Assembly: GCA_020833025.1 (NCBI GenBank)
Contig: JAJHRB010000043.1
Coordinates: 1-13,952, forward strand
DNA: 13,952 nucleotides
Origin: Thermoproteaceae archaeon
Lineage (GTDB): Archaea > Thermoproteota > Thermoprotei > Thermoproteales > Thermoproteaceae
Reading direction: 5' to 3'
Shown: piece by piece, positions 5,720 through 13,952 of the stretch
How the letters are laid out: each line of letters starts with the position of its first letter
Numbering within the stretch: the stretch's first letter is position 1
Translations under genes and position numbers: made by a program
Notes under the pieces: generated by a model
Database searches by the model: none
What the model saw: the letters and a program-made list of their open reading frames with translations, nothing else
Told to the model about the DNA's origin: nothing

Positions 5720-7213
5720 TCACAGCGCGAACCTCCTCACGACTTTTGGTATTCTGGGTATCAGATCAGACGCGGTGATGTGGTAGCCGAGCTCCGCTGC
5801 CGCGTCCTCGCCTGCCAGCCCGTTGACGAATGCTGCCACCGCAGCCGCCTCTAGGGGGTCCTTTGTCTTGGTGAGGAAGGCGGCGGTTATGCCCGTGAGG
5901 ACGTCGCCGGTGCCGCCCACCGTCATGGCAGGAGTGCCCGTGGTGTTGACCTTGGCGCGCTTGCCGTCTGAAATCACGTCGTACCTCCCCTTGAGCAGGA
6001 TCACTGCGTTAATCCTGGCCGCCCACTCTCTCACGACGGCCACCCTGCCCTCCAGCTCCCGCGGGGGCTCGACGCCAGTGAGCGCCTTGAACTCGCCGGC
6101 GTGGGGCGTGAACACCACGACTCCCCGCGCCGTCTCGCCCCTAAGCGCCTTTATCGCGTCCGCGTCAATGACGAGAGGCTTCCTCCCTGCCAGCCTGCGA
6201 AAGATCTCGCGCACGGCGTCCAGGGTCTCCCCCTCGGTGCCCAGGCCCGGGCCCATGGCCACGACGTCGAACCTCTCGGCGAGCGACGCCACGCGCTCCA
6301 CGTGCCTCAGCGAGAGGCGCGGGCCCTCAAGCGGCACGGCTATCACGTCCGGGCTCTGCGCCTTCGCGGCCGCGGCGGCCGGCTCCGGCGCGGCTATCAC
6401 TGCCAGGTCCACTCCTGCCCTCAGCGCGGCGAGGGCGACGTACACGGGCGCTCCCGAGTACTCCAGCGAGCCGCCGACCACGAGAACCCTGCCGTGATCG
6501 CCCTTCTTGGCGTCGGGGCGCCTGGAGAAGTTGAAGTACGCGAAGTCCCCGGGCCCCACGACGAGCTCCGCCTCCGGCGGTATCCCGATTGGCTCGACGA
6601 CCAGCTCGCCCACGTACTGTCTCGCGCTCTCTGCGAGCAGGCCGCGCTTCGGCTTGTGGAGCGTGACAGTCAGCGCGGCCCTGACGGCCCTGTCCCTCAC
6701 CTCTCCGGTGTCGGGGTCCAGACCGCTCGGCACGTCGACGGCGACCTTGGGCGCGGGCGACGCGTTCATAAGCTCTATCGCCGTCGCGTGAGGCTCTCTC
6801 AGGGGACCTCGTATGCCCGTGCCCAGCACGGCGTCGACTATCACGTGCGCCCACGTGAACCAGTCCTGGAGCGCCAGGAGCTCAAGCGGCGACTGCGCCA
6901 CGGCGAGCTCCACGCCCCACAGCCTCCTCACCGCCTCGTAGTTAACCCTGGCCGGCCCCTCCCTCGGCTCCCCCAGGGCGACCACCCTAACTCTGCGCCC
7001 CGCGGCGTGGAGGTGCCTGGCCGCGACGTAGCCGTCCCCCCCGTTGTCGCCCGTGCCGCACACGACGAGCACGCTCCCTGCCGAGGGGAACCTCTTGAGG
7101 ACGTTGCGCGCCACCGCCGCTCCAGCGCTCTCCATTAGCACCAGCCTGGAGATTCCGAGCCACTCTGCATTCCTGTCGGCCACGTACATCTCGAGCGAGG
7201 AGATTGCCTCCAC
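5720..7213 (-). CDS. nnr: Bifunctional NAD(P)H-hydrate epimerase/dehydratase (YjeF N+C; NnrE-NnrD)
   Basis: Epimerase motifs GTGDNGGDG, DAVLGTG, VDVPSG; dehydratase motifs GSLEYSGA, GPGLG, DADA, TPHAGEF, LLKG, GGTGDVLTG. Start moved from ATG 7225 to GTG 7213 (MEAISSLEMY) because the TATA box at 7239-7232 is too close to 7225. Confidence 0.95.
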   Translation of the reverse strand: MEAISSLEMYVADRNAEWLGISRLVLMESAGAAVARNVLKRFPSAGSVLVVCGTGDNGGDGYVAARHLHAAGRRVRVVALGEPREGPARVNYEAVRRLWGVELAVAQSPLELLALQDWFTWAHVIVDAVLGTGIRGPLREPHATAIELMNASPAPKVAVDVPSGLDPDTGEVRDRAVRAALTVTLHKPKRGLLAESARQYVGELVVEPIGIPPEAELVVGPGDFAYFNFSRRPDAKKGDHGRVLVVGGSLEYSGAPVYVALAALRAGVDLAVIAAPEPAAAAAKAQSPDVIAVPLEGPRLSLRHVERVASLAERFDVVAMGPGLGTEGETLDAVREIFRRLAGRKPLVIDADAIKALRGETARGVVVFTPHAGEFKALTGVEPPRELEGRVAVVREWAARINAVILLKGRYDVISDGKRAKVNTTGTPAMTVGGTGDVLTGITAAFLTKTKDPLEAAAVAAFVNGLAGEDAAAELGYHITASDLIPRIPKVVRRFAL

Positions 7214-7231
7214 GACGGCGGCCATGCCGTT

Positions 7232-7239
7232 TATTTATA
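7232..7239 (-). promoter_or_regulatory. TATA box (TATAAATA) for nnr
   Basis: Consensus archaeal TATA box 26 nt upstream of GTG 7213. Confidence 0.7.
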
Positions 7240-7257
7240 GGCGCCGCGCGGCAACAA

Positions 7258-7267
7258 AGTAATTACT
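7258..7267 (+). promoter_or_regulatory. TATA-like element within the perfect palindrome AGTAATTACT, upstream of the M16 peptidase
   Basis: TAATTA begins 27 nt upstream of GTG 7287; the 10-bp palindrome is visible directly. Confidence 0.45.
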
Positions 7268-7286
7268 GGCCGCCCCTCGCGGCGCC

Positions 7287-8447
7287 GTGAGGAGTCTTGT
7301 GCTGGATAACGGGCTCACGGTAATACTAGACAGGTTTGAGTCGCCGACTGCCGCGGTAGTAGTCGCGGTTGGCGTGGGCTCGCTCTTCGAGCCGCGGGAG
7401 AGGAGGGGGATGACTCACGTGCTAGAGCACATGCTCTTCAGGGTGCCTGGCTTTGACGTAGACGAGACGGTAGAGTCGCTGGGCGGCTCGGACAATGCGT
7501 ACACTAAGCGCGACGCGCTAGTAATCGCGTTCGAGGCGCTCTCTGAGTCCGCGAGCGGCCTGGTCGAGCTCGCGTGCAGGCTCTACACAAACGACCGGTA
7601 CGCAGAGGAGGACTTCAGGAGGGAGCTCAACGCCATAATGTCCGAGCTCAGGCAAGTGCGCGAAGAGCCGTCCGAGCGGGTTGGGGAGCTCGGGCTCAAG
7701 GCCGCGTTCGGGGACTCAGAGTGGGGCGACCCTATCAGCGGGACTCCCGAGACGGTCAGCGCGATAACGCTGCGGGATCTGGTGGAGTTCAAGCGAGAGT
7801 GGTTCACGCCTGACAATACAATCCTCGTCATGACAGGCGCGTTTGACGACAACGCGGTCAAGCTTGCAGTCGAGCTATTTGGAAGGCTCGGCGGCACTGC
7901 GCCGCGCAAGCGCAAGCCCTCCGCGCTCTCCGGCCCGCGCGCGATACTCGAGCGGCGCGACGTCGACGGCGTTTACTACGCGAGAGTCCTCAGAGTATCC
8001 GTGGACAGCCCCGCCAGGACGCTCGCGCTCCTCCACGGCGCGGCATTCCACCTAGAGGCTGGCCCCAAGTCGCTGCTCTTCGACGCGGTGAGAGTGCCGG
8101 GAGTTGCATATTCTTACTACGTCGACTACGATGTTGTGGACGACGTGGCCTATCTTGAGGTCGCGGTGGAGTCGGCCGAATCGCTAGAGGCGGCGCGCGC
8201 CGCCGTGCTGGAGGCGCTGAGGCCGAGACGGCCCGCGGGCTACAGACTCAGGTACTACGAGTACTCCTGGCGCCTTACGTGGCGCAGCGCCGCAAGCAGG
8301 GCCATGATGATGGCGGAGTACGCCATCAAGGGCGGCTCTCCGAAGCTGATGGCAGAGGAGTTCAGCAAGGCGGCGGAGCTCGGGACGGCGTGGCTTGAGG
8401 GCCGGGTGGTGAAGGAGGCCGAGGCCGCCATAGTCCCGGCGTCGTGA
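7287..8447 (+). CDS. M16 family (insulinase-like) zinc peptidase
   Basis: LDNGLTV N-terminus, VGSLFE, inverted zinc motif HVLEH, NAYT and a downstream Glu ligand region (ELNAIMSEL). Confidence 0.92.
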   Translation: MRSLVLDNGLTVILDRFESPTAAVVVAVGVGSLFEPRERRGMTHVLEHMLFRVPGFDVDETVESLGGSDNAYTKRDALVIAFEALSESASGLVELACRLYTNDRYAEEDFRRELNAIMSELRQVREEPSERVGELGLKAAFGDSEWGDPISGTPETVSAITLRDLVEFKREWFTPDNTILVMTGAFDDNAVKLAVELFGRLGGTAPRKRKPSALSGPRAILERRDVDGVYYARVLRVSVDSPARTLALLHGAAFHLEAGPKSLLFDAVRVPGVAYSYYVDYDVVDDVAYLEVAVESAESLEAARAAVLEALRPRRPAGYRLRYYEYSWRLTWRSAASRAMMMAEYAIKGGSPKLMAEEFSKAAELGTAWLEGRVVKEAEAAIVPAS

Positions 8448-8461
8448 CGCGCGGCGCGAAA

Positions 8462-8474
8462 AATTATTTTAATT
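8462..8474 (+). promoter_or_regulatory. TATA box (TTTTAAT) embedded in the inverted repeat AATTA-TTT-TAATT, upstream of the ABC transporter operon
   Basis: TTTTAAT begins 27 nt upstream of ATG 8494; perfect 5-bp arms. Confidence 0.55.
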
Positions 8475-8493
8475 GGATGGTTGTCCAGCAAAT

Positions 8494-9705
8494 ATGCAAT
8501 ACAGGCTCCCCCTAGCCGTCGCTGCGCTTGCGCTCGCGGCGTCGCTAATCGCGCTCGCTGTTGCGGTGTTATTCACGAACTCGCTGCGGGAGGATCTCGC
8601 GCATCTAAGGAGCGACTTCCTCGCGCTTGAGCGCGAGCTCAAGACTGTCGCCGAGCTCGCGTCAAAGCCCGTCGCGCAGATTCCCGTCAGGCACGCCAGG
8701 CTCTTCTCGATTGTACGCGACGGCGACGCCTACATCCTGACGGACGCCATGAGGAGGCGTGTCCTACTCGTCCCGCGGGACGTGCCTCAATACGAGGTGG
8801 CGTACTACGCCAATAAGTACGCGCCGAGCGTTATCGTGCGCTATCCAGTTGAGAGGGCCGTGTACATGTCGTCAACTCACGTCGCGCTCGCGTACAGGCT
8901 CTACGCGGAGGCCGGGAGGCCCGGAGTCCTGAGGTCAATTGCTGGCATTATGTGGGGGAAGTCTTACGAGTGGCACCTGCCCGGAATCGCGGAGATGATC
9001 GAGAATGGAACGATAGCGGACGTCGGGCCGGCGCAGTCGCCGGATTACGAGAAGATACTGCAGCTGAGGCCAGACGTGATCTTCGTGTACTTCTACCCCG
9101 GGCCTTACGGCACAGAGTCCGTCATTGCGAGACTGGAACAGCTAAAGTTGCCCTATGCCGTGATTAACGAGTTTCAGGAAGAGTCCCCCTTAGGCAGGTT
9201 TGAGTGGATTAAGTTCATCGCGGCGTTTTACAATCTCACAGACCTGGCGTCTGCAGTACTCGACAGGGTGGAGAGAGAGTGGGAGTCCGTGGTGGCGCGA
9301 GTGGCAGATCTCGACAGGCCTAGAGTCGCGTGGTTCTCGATACACAGCGGCGTGCTATACCCGGCGCGCGCGCAGGCCATTGAGCTCATCAGGCTCGCCG
9401 GCGGCAGGTACGCGTACGCGAACTACAGCAGAGTAGACCTAGAGGTCGTGATGCGGCACAAGAGCGACGTGGACGTGCTCGTGTGGTCGGGCTATGGCGT
9501 GTCAAGAGTGGAGGACATCCTGAAGGTAGAGCCGAGGCTCGCCGAGCTGAGGCCGGTGGCTCTCGGGAGAGTGTACGCGTTCAGCCCGGCGTTCTGGCAG
9601 CTCTCTCACGCGTATCCCGAGCGGCTGCTGAGAGAGCTGGCGGCAATTTTACACCCCGAGGTCATCCCCCCGGTTAACCTAACGCTCTTCGTGCAGCTGC
9701 GGTGA
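8494..9705 (+). CDS. ABC transporter substrate-binding protein, Fe-siderophore/cobalamin (BtuF/FecB-like) class
   Basis: N-terminal TM anchor plus short coiled coil; PDYEKILQLRPDVIF and GRFEWIKFIAAFY motifs; GRVYAF...YPERLLRELAAILHP C-terminus. Start set at ATG 8494 rather than TTG 8473 on TATA spacing. Confidence 0.9.
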   Translation: MQYRLPLAVAALALAASLIALAVAVLFTNSLREDLAHLRSDFLALERELKTVAELASKPVAQIPVRHARLFSIVRDGDAYILTDAMRRRVLLVPRDVPQYEVAYYANKYAPSVIVRYPVERAVYMSSTHVALAYRLYAEAGRPGVLRSIAGIMWGKSYEWHLPGIAEMIENGTIADVGPAQSPDYEKILQLRPDVIFVYFYPGPYGTESVIARLEQLKLPYAVINEFQEESPLGRFEWIKFIAAFYNLTDLASAVLDRVEREWESVVARVADLDRPRVAWFSIHSGVLYPARAQAIELIRLAGGRYAYANYSRVDLEVVMRHKSDVDVLVWSGYGVSRVEDILKVEPRLAELRPVALGRVYAFSPAFWQLSHAYPERLLRELAAILHPEVIPPVNLTLFVQLR

Positions 9706-10637
9706 GGCACGCGTGCGTCGTGCTGGGCGCGCTCGCCGCCCTCTCTCTCGCCGAGATCTTAACGGGGCCGGCGGGTCTAGACCTCTCAGTTCTGGAGCCA
9801 GTGAGGCTCCCGCGCGTGCTGGGCGCGCTCACTGCAGGCGCTCTGCTTGGAGTGTCGGGGCTGGTGCTGCAGACGCTGTGGAGAAACCCGCTGGCCGACC
9901 CCTACATAATGGGCGTGTGTAGCGTGTCTATTCTGTCCGCGCTCTGTTTTTACCTGGCGTGGAGGGCGTGGGGGGCGCCCTACGTCGGGTACGCCGCGGG
10001 GGCCCTCCTCGGCGCTGCCGCATCGACGGCCGCGCTGACGTGGCTCGCCCGGCGGGCCGACCTGCTCGTAGTGCTCCTCACGGGCGTCCTGCTGTCATTT
10101 GCGGCCCACTCGGTGACGCAGCTGCTACTGCTCGCGCTCCCCCCGGAGGAGCTGGGCTTCATCTACCTTGGGCTCCAGGGCAGCTTTGCCGCGTACCCGT
10201 CCGGGCCCGTCGGCTACGCCGCAGCCGCCGCAGCAATCGCCGTAATTCTCGCGATCTACCTCAACGCGAGGCACGTGGCGGCGCTAGTGCACGGCGAGGA
10301 GGCGGCGGCAGGGCTTGGCGTTGACGTGAGGCGCGCGGCGGCGCTCGCGGTGGGGGCTGCGGCCGTGGCCGCGGGCCTCGTGGTGGCGCTCGTCGGGCCC
10401 GTGGGCTTTGTTGGCCTCATGGCGCCGCACATGGCCCGGTGGATCTCGGGGCGCCAGCGCGTTGACGCCACGCTTGCCGTCACGGCAATGACGGGCGCGG
10501 CCACGGCGCTGGCGGCCGACGCAGTCGTGAGGCTGGCCCTCCCCCGGGAGGTCCCGGTGAACGTCCCTCTCTCGCTCGTCGGCGCGCCCGCCGCCGTACT
10601 GCTGATGTGGCGGTACCGCCATGCGCGTGGAGTTTGA
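9702..10637 (+). CDS. ABC transporter permease, FecCD/BtuC family
   Basis: VRLPRVLGA, QTLWRNPLADPY, GEEAAAGLGVDV, GPVGFVGLMAPHMAR; 4-nt GTGA overlap with the binding protein gene. Confidence 0.93.
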   Translation: MRHACVVLGALAALSLAEILTGPAGLDLSVLEPVRLPRVLGALTAGALLGVSGLVLQTLWRNPLADPYIMGVCSVSILSALCFYLAWRAWGAPYVGYAAGALLGAAASTAALTWLARRADLLVVLLTGVLLSFAAHSVTQLLLLALPPEELGFIYLGLQGSFAAYPSGPVGYAAAAAAIAVILAIYLNARHVAALVHGEEAAAGLGVDVRRAAALAVGAAAVAAGLVVALVGPVGFVGLMAPHMARWISGRQRVDATLAVTAMTGAATALAADAVVRLALPREVPVNVPLSLVGAPAAVLLMWRYRHARGV

Positions 10638-11268
10638 CGTCGTGAAGAGACTCGGGGACTTCACGCTCGCTGCCTCCGGCTCGCTGGAGGGAGGCCTCAC
10701 GTGCATCGTGGGGCCCAACGGCGCCGGGAAGACCACGCTGATGAAGATACTCGCGGGCATCATGAGACCGGACCGCGGCTCCGTCAGGCTATTTGGCATC
10801 TCGTCGCGCGCGTACCTCGGGGAGGTTTACGTCCCGCCTGACATGAAGGCGTTGGAGGTGGTGCTGGCGGGGAGGTCGAGATTCTCGCCGAGGCCTGCCG
10901 GCCCGCGGGACGAGAAAATCGCAATGGCCTATATGTCCGCGCTCGGAGTGGAGAGACTTGCCGGCAGGGAGTGGCGGGCACTGAGCGGGGGGCAGAGGCA
11001 GAGAGTCGCGCTGGCCGCGGCGCTTGCCGCCGAGGCCGACATGCTCCTACTCGACGAGCCCCTCGCAAACTTGCACGAGGACTGGCGCTGCGAGGTTATG
11101 AAAATCACTAGGGATTACGCGAGGGGGAGGGTCGTGGCCGTGAGCACCCACCACATGGACGTGGTGGGCCTGTGCCACCACGTCATAGTACTCAGGGACG
11201 GGCGCATTGTGTGGCGGGGCAGCGCGCGCGAGTTCAGGCACGAGGAGCGCATGTGTCCCCCCGACTAG
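10621..11268 (+). CDS. ABC transporter ATP-binding subunit (FecE/BtuD-like)
   Basis: GPNGAGKTT, LSGGQRQRV, LLLDEP, STHH; overlaps the permease end. Confidence 0.93.
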   Translation: MRVEFDVVKRLGDFTLAASGSLEGGLTCIVGPNGAGKTTLMKILAGIMRPDRGSVRLFGISSRAYLGEVYVPPDMKALEVVLAGRSRFSPRPAGPRDEKIAMAYMSALGVERLAGREWRALSGGQRQRVALAAALAAEADMLLLDEPLANLHEDWRCEVMKITRDYARGRVVAVSTHHMDVVGLCHHVIVLRDGRIVWRGSAREFRHEERMCPPD

Positions 11269-11280
11269 CCGCCGGAAACT

Positions 11281-11288
11281 CTTATATA
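11281..11288 (+). promoter_or_regulatory. TATA box (CTTATATA) for EF-2
   Basis: Begins 28 nt upstream of GTG 11309. Confidence 0.7.
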
Positions 11289-11308
11289 CATTGCTCGCGC
11301 GTCACCGC

Positions 11309-13534
11309 GTGTCCTCGACCGCCGTGCGCGTCGTTGAGAAGCAGCTCGACGAGATTCTGAGCATAGCGCGGAGCCCGGCGCAAGTGAGAAATGTGGGCAC
11401 GTTAGCGCACGTCGATCACGGGAAGACCACGACGACCGACTCGCTCCTAATGGGCGCCGGGCTCCTGTCGCCCAAAGTTGCCGGCAAGGCCCTCGCGATG
11501 GACTTCGTGCCTATCGAGCAGCTGAGACAGATGACCATAAAGGCAGCGAACATCTCGCTGTACTTCGAGCACGGCGGGAGGTCTTACCTCATAAACTTCG
11601 TCGACACGCCGGGTCACGTTGACTTCACGGGCCACGTGACGCGCTCGCTGAGGGTAATGGACGGCGCGCTGGTGGTCGTTGACGCCGTCGAGGGCATAAT
11701 GACCCAGACAGAGACTGTAGTGAGGCAGGCAATGGAGGAGTACGTCAGGCCGGTGCTGTTCATAAACAAGGTGGACCGCCTCATTAAGGAGCTGCGCATG
11801 TCGCCTCAGGAGATCCAGCAGAGGATTTTCAACATAGTCAGGGAGTTTAACGCGCTTATAGAAATGTTCGCCCCACCGGAGTTCAAGGACAAGTGGAAGA
11901 TAGACCCGGCCAAGGGCCAGCTGGCAATAGGCTCTGCGCTTCATAAGTGGGGATTAACAATACCGATGGCACAGAAGGCCGGCATCAAGTTCAGCTATAT
12001 AATTGACGCCTACGAGAGGGGCTATGTTGACAAGCTCGCAGAGGAGTTCCCGCTGTACAGGACGTTGCTGTTAATGATCATAGAGCACACGCCGCCGCCG
12101 AACGTGGCGCAGAAGTACAGAATCCCGAGGCTGTGGCCCGGCGATCTGGACAGCGATGTGGGCAAGGCAATGCTTGAGGCAGACCCCAGCGGGCCCACGG
12201 TAATTGCCGTGAGCAGAGTAAACAAGGACCCGCACGCCGGTCTCATCGCGACCGGCCGCGTGTTCTCGGGCACTATACGGGAGGGCGGGGAGGTCTACAT
12301 CGTCGGCAAGAGGGTCAGGAGGAGAGTCCTCCAGACCTACATTTACATGGGACCGTCGAGAGTCATAGTTCCCTACATGCCGGCCGGCAACATAGTCGCG
12401 TTAATGGGCGTCGAGGAGGCGAGAGCCGGCGACACGCTGGTCGACGTGACGCACACCGACGTGCCGCCATTCGAGAAGATGAAGTATATCGCCGAGCCTG
12501 TAGTCACCGTCGCGATAGAGCCAGAGAACCCGGCAGAGCTGACCAAGCTCGTCGAGGCACTAAAGGACCTCACTATAGAGGACCCGACGCTGGACCTCAA
12601 AATAGACCGGGAGACGGGACAAATTCTACTCTCGGGCGTCGGGACGCTGCACCTCGAGATAGCAGCGTGGCTTCTGAAGGAGAGATCCAAGACGGAGTTC
12701 GCGGTGTCGCAGCCTCTAGTGCGCTTCAGAGAGACAGTGAGGGCCAGATCGCAGGTGTGGGAGGGCAAGTCGCCTAACAAGCACAACCGCCTCTACTTTT
12801 ATGTCGAGCCGCTGGACGGGACCAGCATAGAGCTCGTGGCGTCCGGAGAGGTAACTGACGACCAGGACGCAAGGGAGAGGGCCAAGGTGCTCAGGGAAAG
12901 GGCCGGGTGGGACAGCGACGAGGCCAGGGGAGTCTGGAGTGTCGACGAGCGTTATTGCAACATCCTCGTGGACAAGACATCGGGTATCCAGTACCTGCGC
13001 GAGGTCCGCGACTACATTATACAGGGATTCAGGTGGGCCATGGAGGCGGGGCCGCTGGCCCAGGAGCCAGTTCGCGGCGTCAAGGTGGTGCTGGTCGACG
13101 CGGTAGTTCACGAAGACCCCGCGCACAGAGGTCCCGCGCAGATAATGCCGGCGACGAAGAATGCCGTGTTCGCGGCGTTCCTCTCCGCCAAGCCGACGCT
13201 CCTCGAGCCAATACTGAGGCTTGACATAAAGGTCGCCCCCGAGTACACGGGCGCCGTGATATCAGTGCTGAGCAAACACAGAGGGAGGGTACTAGACATG
13301 ACGCAGCAGGAGTACATGACGTATCTGAAGGCAGAGCTGCCAGTGCTCGGGTCCTTCGGCATCAGCGACGAGCTGCGGGCAGCCGCCGCCGGCAGGGTGT
13401 TCTGGTCGATGCAGTTCTCACGGTGGGCCCCTATTCCCGAGTCAATGGCGCTGGACCTAATAAGGCAGATCCGGAAGAGGAAGGGCCTCAAGGAGGAGAT
13501 ACCGAGGCCGGCGGACTTCGTCGAGGTCTACTGA
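11309..13534 (+). CDS. fusA: Translation elongation factor aEF-2
   Basis: G1 [10 protein letters not shown]3 DTPGH, G4 NKVD, diphthamide loop [12 protein letters not shown]; 741 aa from GTG 11309 ([17 protein letters not shown]), matching the Pyrobaculum-type N-terminus as recalled. Confidence 0.98.
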   Translation: MSSTAVRVVEKQLDEILSIARSPAQVRNVGTLAHVDHGKTTTTDSLLMGAGLLSPKVAGKALAMDFVPIEQLRQMTIKAANISLYFEHGGRSYLINFVDTPGHVDFTGHVTRSLRVMDGALVVVDAVEGIMTQTETVVRQAMEEYVRPVLFINKVDRLIKELRMSPQEIQQRIFNIVREFNALIEMFAPPEFKDKWKIDPAKGQLAIGSALHKWGLTIPMAQKAGIKFSYIIDAYERGYVDKLAEEFPLYRTLLLMIIEHTPPPNVAQKYRIPRLWPGDLDSDVGKAMLEADPSGPTVIAVSRVNKDPHAGLIATGRVFSGTIREGGEVYIVGKRVRRRVLQTYIYMGPSRVIVPYMPAGNIVALMGVEEARAGDTLVDVTHTDVPPFEKMKYIAEPVVTVAIEPENPAELTKLVEALKDLTIEDPTLDLKIDRETGQILLSGVGTLHLEIAAWLLKERSKTEFAVSQPLVRFRETVRARSQVWEGKSPNKHNRLYFYVEPLDGTSIELVASGEVTDDQDARERAKVLRERAGWDSDEARGVWSVDERYCNILVDKTSGIQYLREVRDYIIQGFRWAMEAGPLAQEPVRGVKVVLVDAVVHEDPAHRGPAQIMPATKNAVFAAFLSAKPTLLEPILRLDIKVAPEYTGAVISVLSKHRGRVLDMTQQEYMTYLKAELPVLGSFGISDELRAAAAGRVFWSMQFSRWAPIPESMALDLIRQIRKRKGLKEEIPRPADFVEVY

Positions 13535-13952
13535 GCCGCGCGCGAGAGATCTGCGTGGACGGCCTCTGCAACCTTCTTGCCCGACAGCAGCATGCCGCCG
13601 AATATCGGCCCCATCCGCGGCAGGCCGTAGACGGTGCACGCGGCGACTCCCGTCACGTAGAGGCCCGGCGCCACCCTGCCAGTGTGCTCCACGACGAGTC
13701 TCTCCGAGACCTCGGCCCACGCCGACCTCTCGCCGCGCAGCTGGATTCCGAGCTCTGGCACCTTCCTGGCCGCGACTGACACGACCTCAGCGCCGTGCCC
13801 CGTTGCGTCAACCACAGCCCTAGCTTGAGTGTAAAGGGGGTCCGCGTGCATGCCCGATGCATGCACCGGCGTCCACACCCACATAACGCCCGTGACTCTC
13901 GGCGGGCTGCCCCGGAAGATGACGTCCTCTACGTGCACGCCGAGAATTATCC
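13528..13952 (-). CDS. thi4: Thi4 thiazole synthase (sulfide-dependent ADP-thiazole synthase); 3' part only
   Basis: Frame open to the window edge ([12 protein letters not shown]...); motifs WTPV, HADPL, VVDATGH, PGLYV and [15 protein letters not shown]. Confidence 0.93.
   Translation of the reverse strand, partial: IILGVHVEDVIFRGSPPRVTGVMWVWTPVHASGMHADPLYTQARAVVDATGHGAEVVSVAARKVPELGIQLRGERSAWAEVSERLVVEHTGRVAPGLYVTGVAACTVYGLPRMGPIFGGMLLSGKKVAEAVHADLSRAAQ

Noticed and set aside
2390-5720. The low-GC block as a transposon or integrated element
   Set aside because: No transposase, integrase, terminal inverted repeats or flanking direct repeats seen.
5823-7138. Long ORFs 5823..6497 (+), 6101..7138 (+) and 6327..6854 (-)
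   Set aside because: Shadow frames of nnr, expected at high GC; no motifs.
8304-8347. ATGATGA...CTGA resembling a second C/D sRNA, with an 8-bp hairpin at 8308-8328
   Set aside because: Inside the M16 coding frame (Met-Met-Met codons), box spacing too short, and no D'/C' boxes.
11207-11308. N-terminal extension of EF-2 in the ORF track
   Set aside because: Overlaps the ABC ATPase, spans the TATA box and has no EF-2 similarity.
1-13952. CRISPR array or cas genes
   Set aside because: No regularly spaced repeats; the Cas2-like fold guess for 853-1362 has no supporting cas context.

Overview
GC-rich archaeal chromosomal window, most likely Thermoproteaceae (Pyrobaculum/Thermoproteus-like), judged from the EF-2 sequence and from TATA boxes about 26-27 nt upstream of start codons (leaderless transcripts). 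Left part: a partial TM-helix-repeat membrane protein, a hypothetical protein, a possible small ORF and an unannotated box C/D sRNA whose two guides both match the 5' end of 16S rRNA. Middle part, an accessory/defence-like block: an intact MNT nucleotidyltransferase behind a broken HEPN gene, then a lower-GC segment (~2400-5700) with two different ABC-type ATPase + TOPRIM-like two-gene modules arranged tail to tail, the second partner gene frameshifted. Right part, housekeeping: bifunctional NAD(P)HX repair enzyme (Nnr), M16 peptidase, Fe-siderophore/cobalamin-type ABC transporter (3 genes), stand-alone EF-2 and the 3' part of a sulfide-type Thi4. No tRNA, rRNA, CRISPR array or transposase was seen. 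All family assignments come from motif recognition and recall, not database searches. GC values are hand counts on sample blocks.
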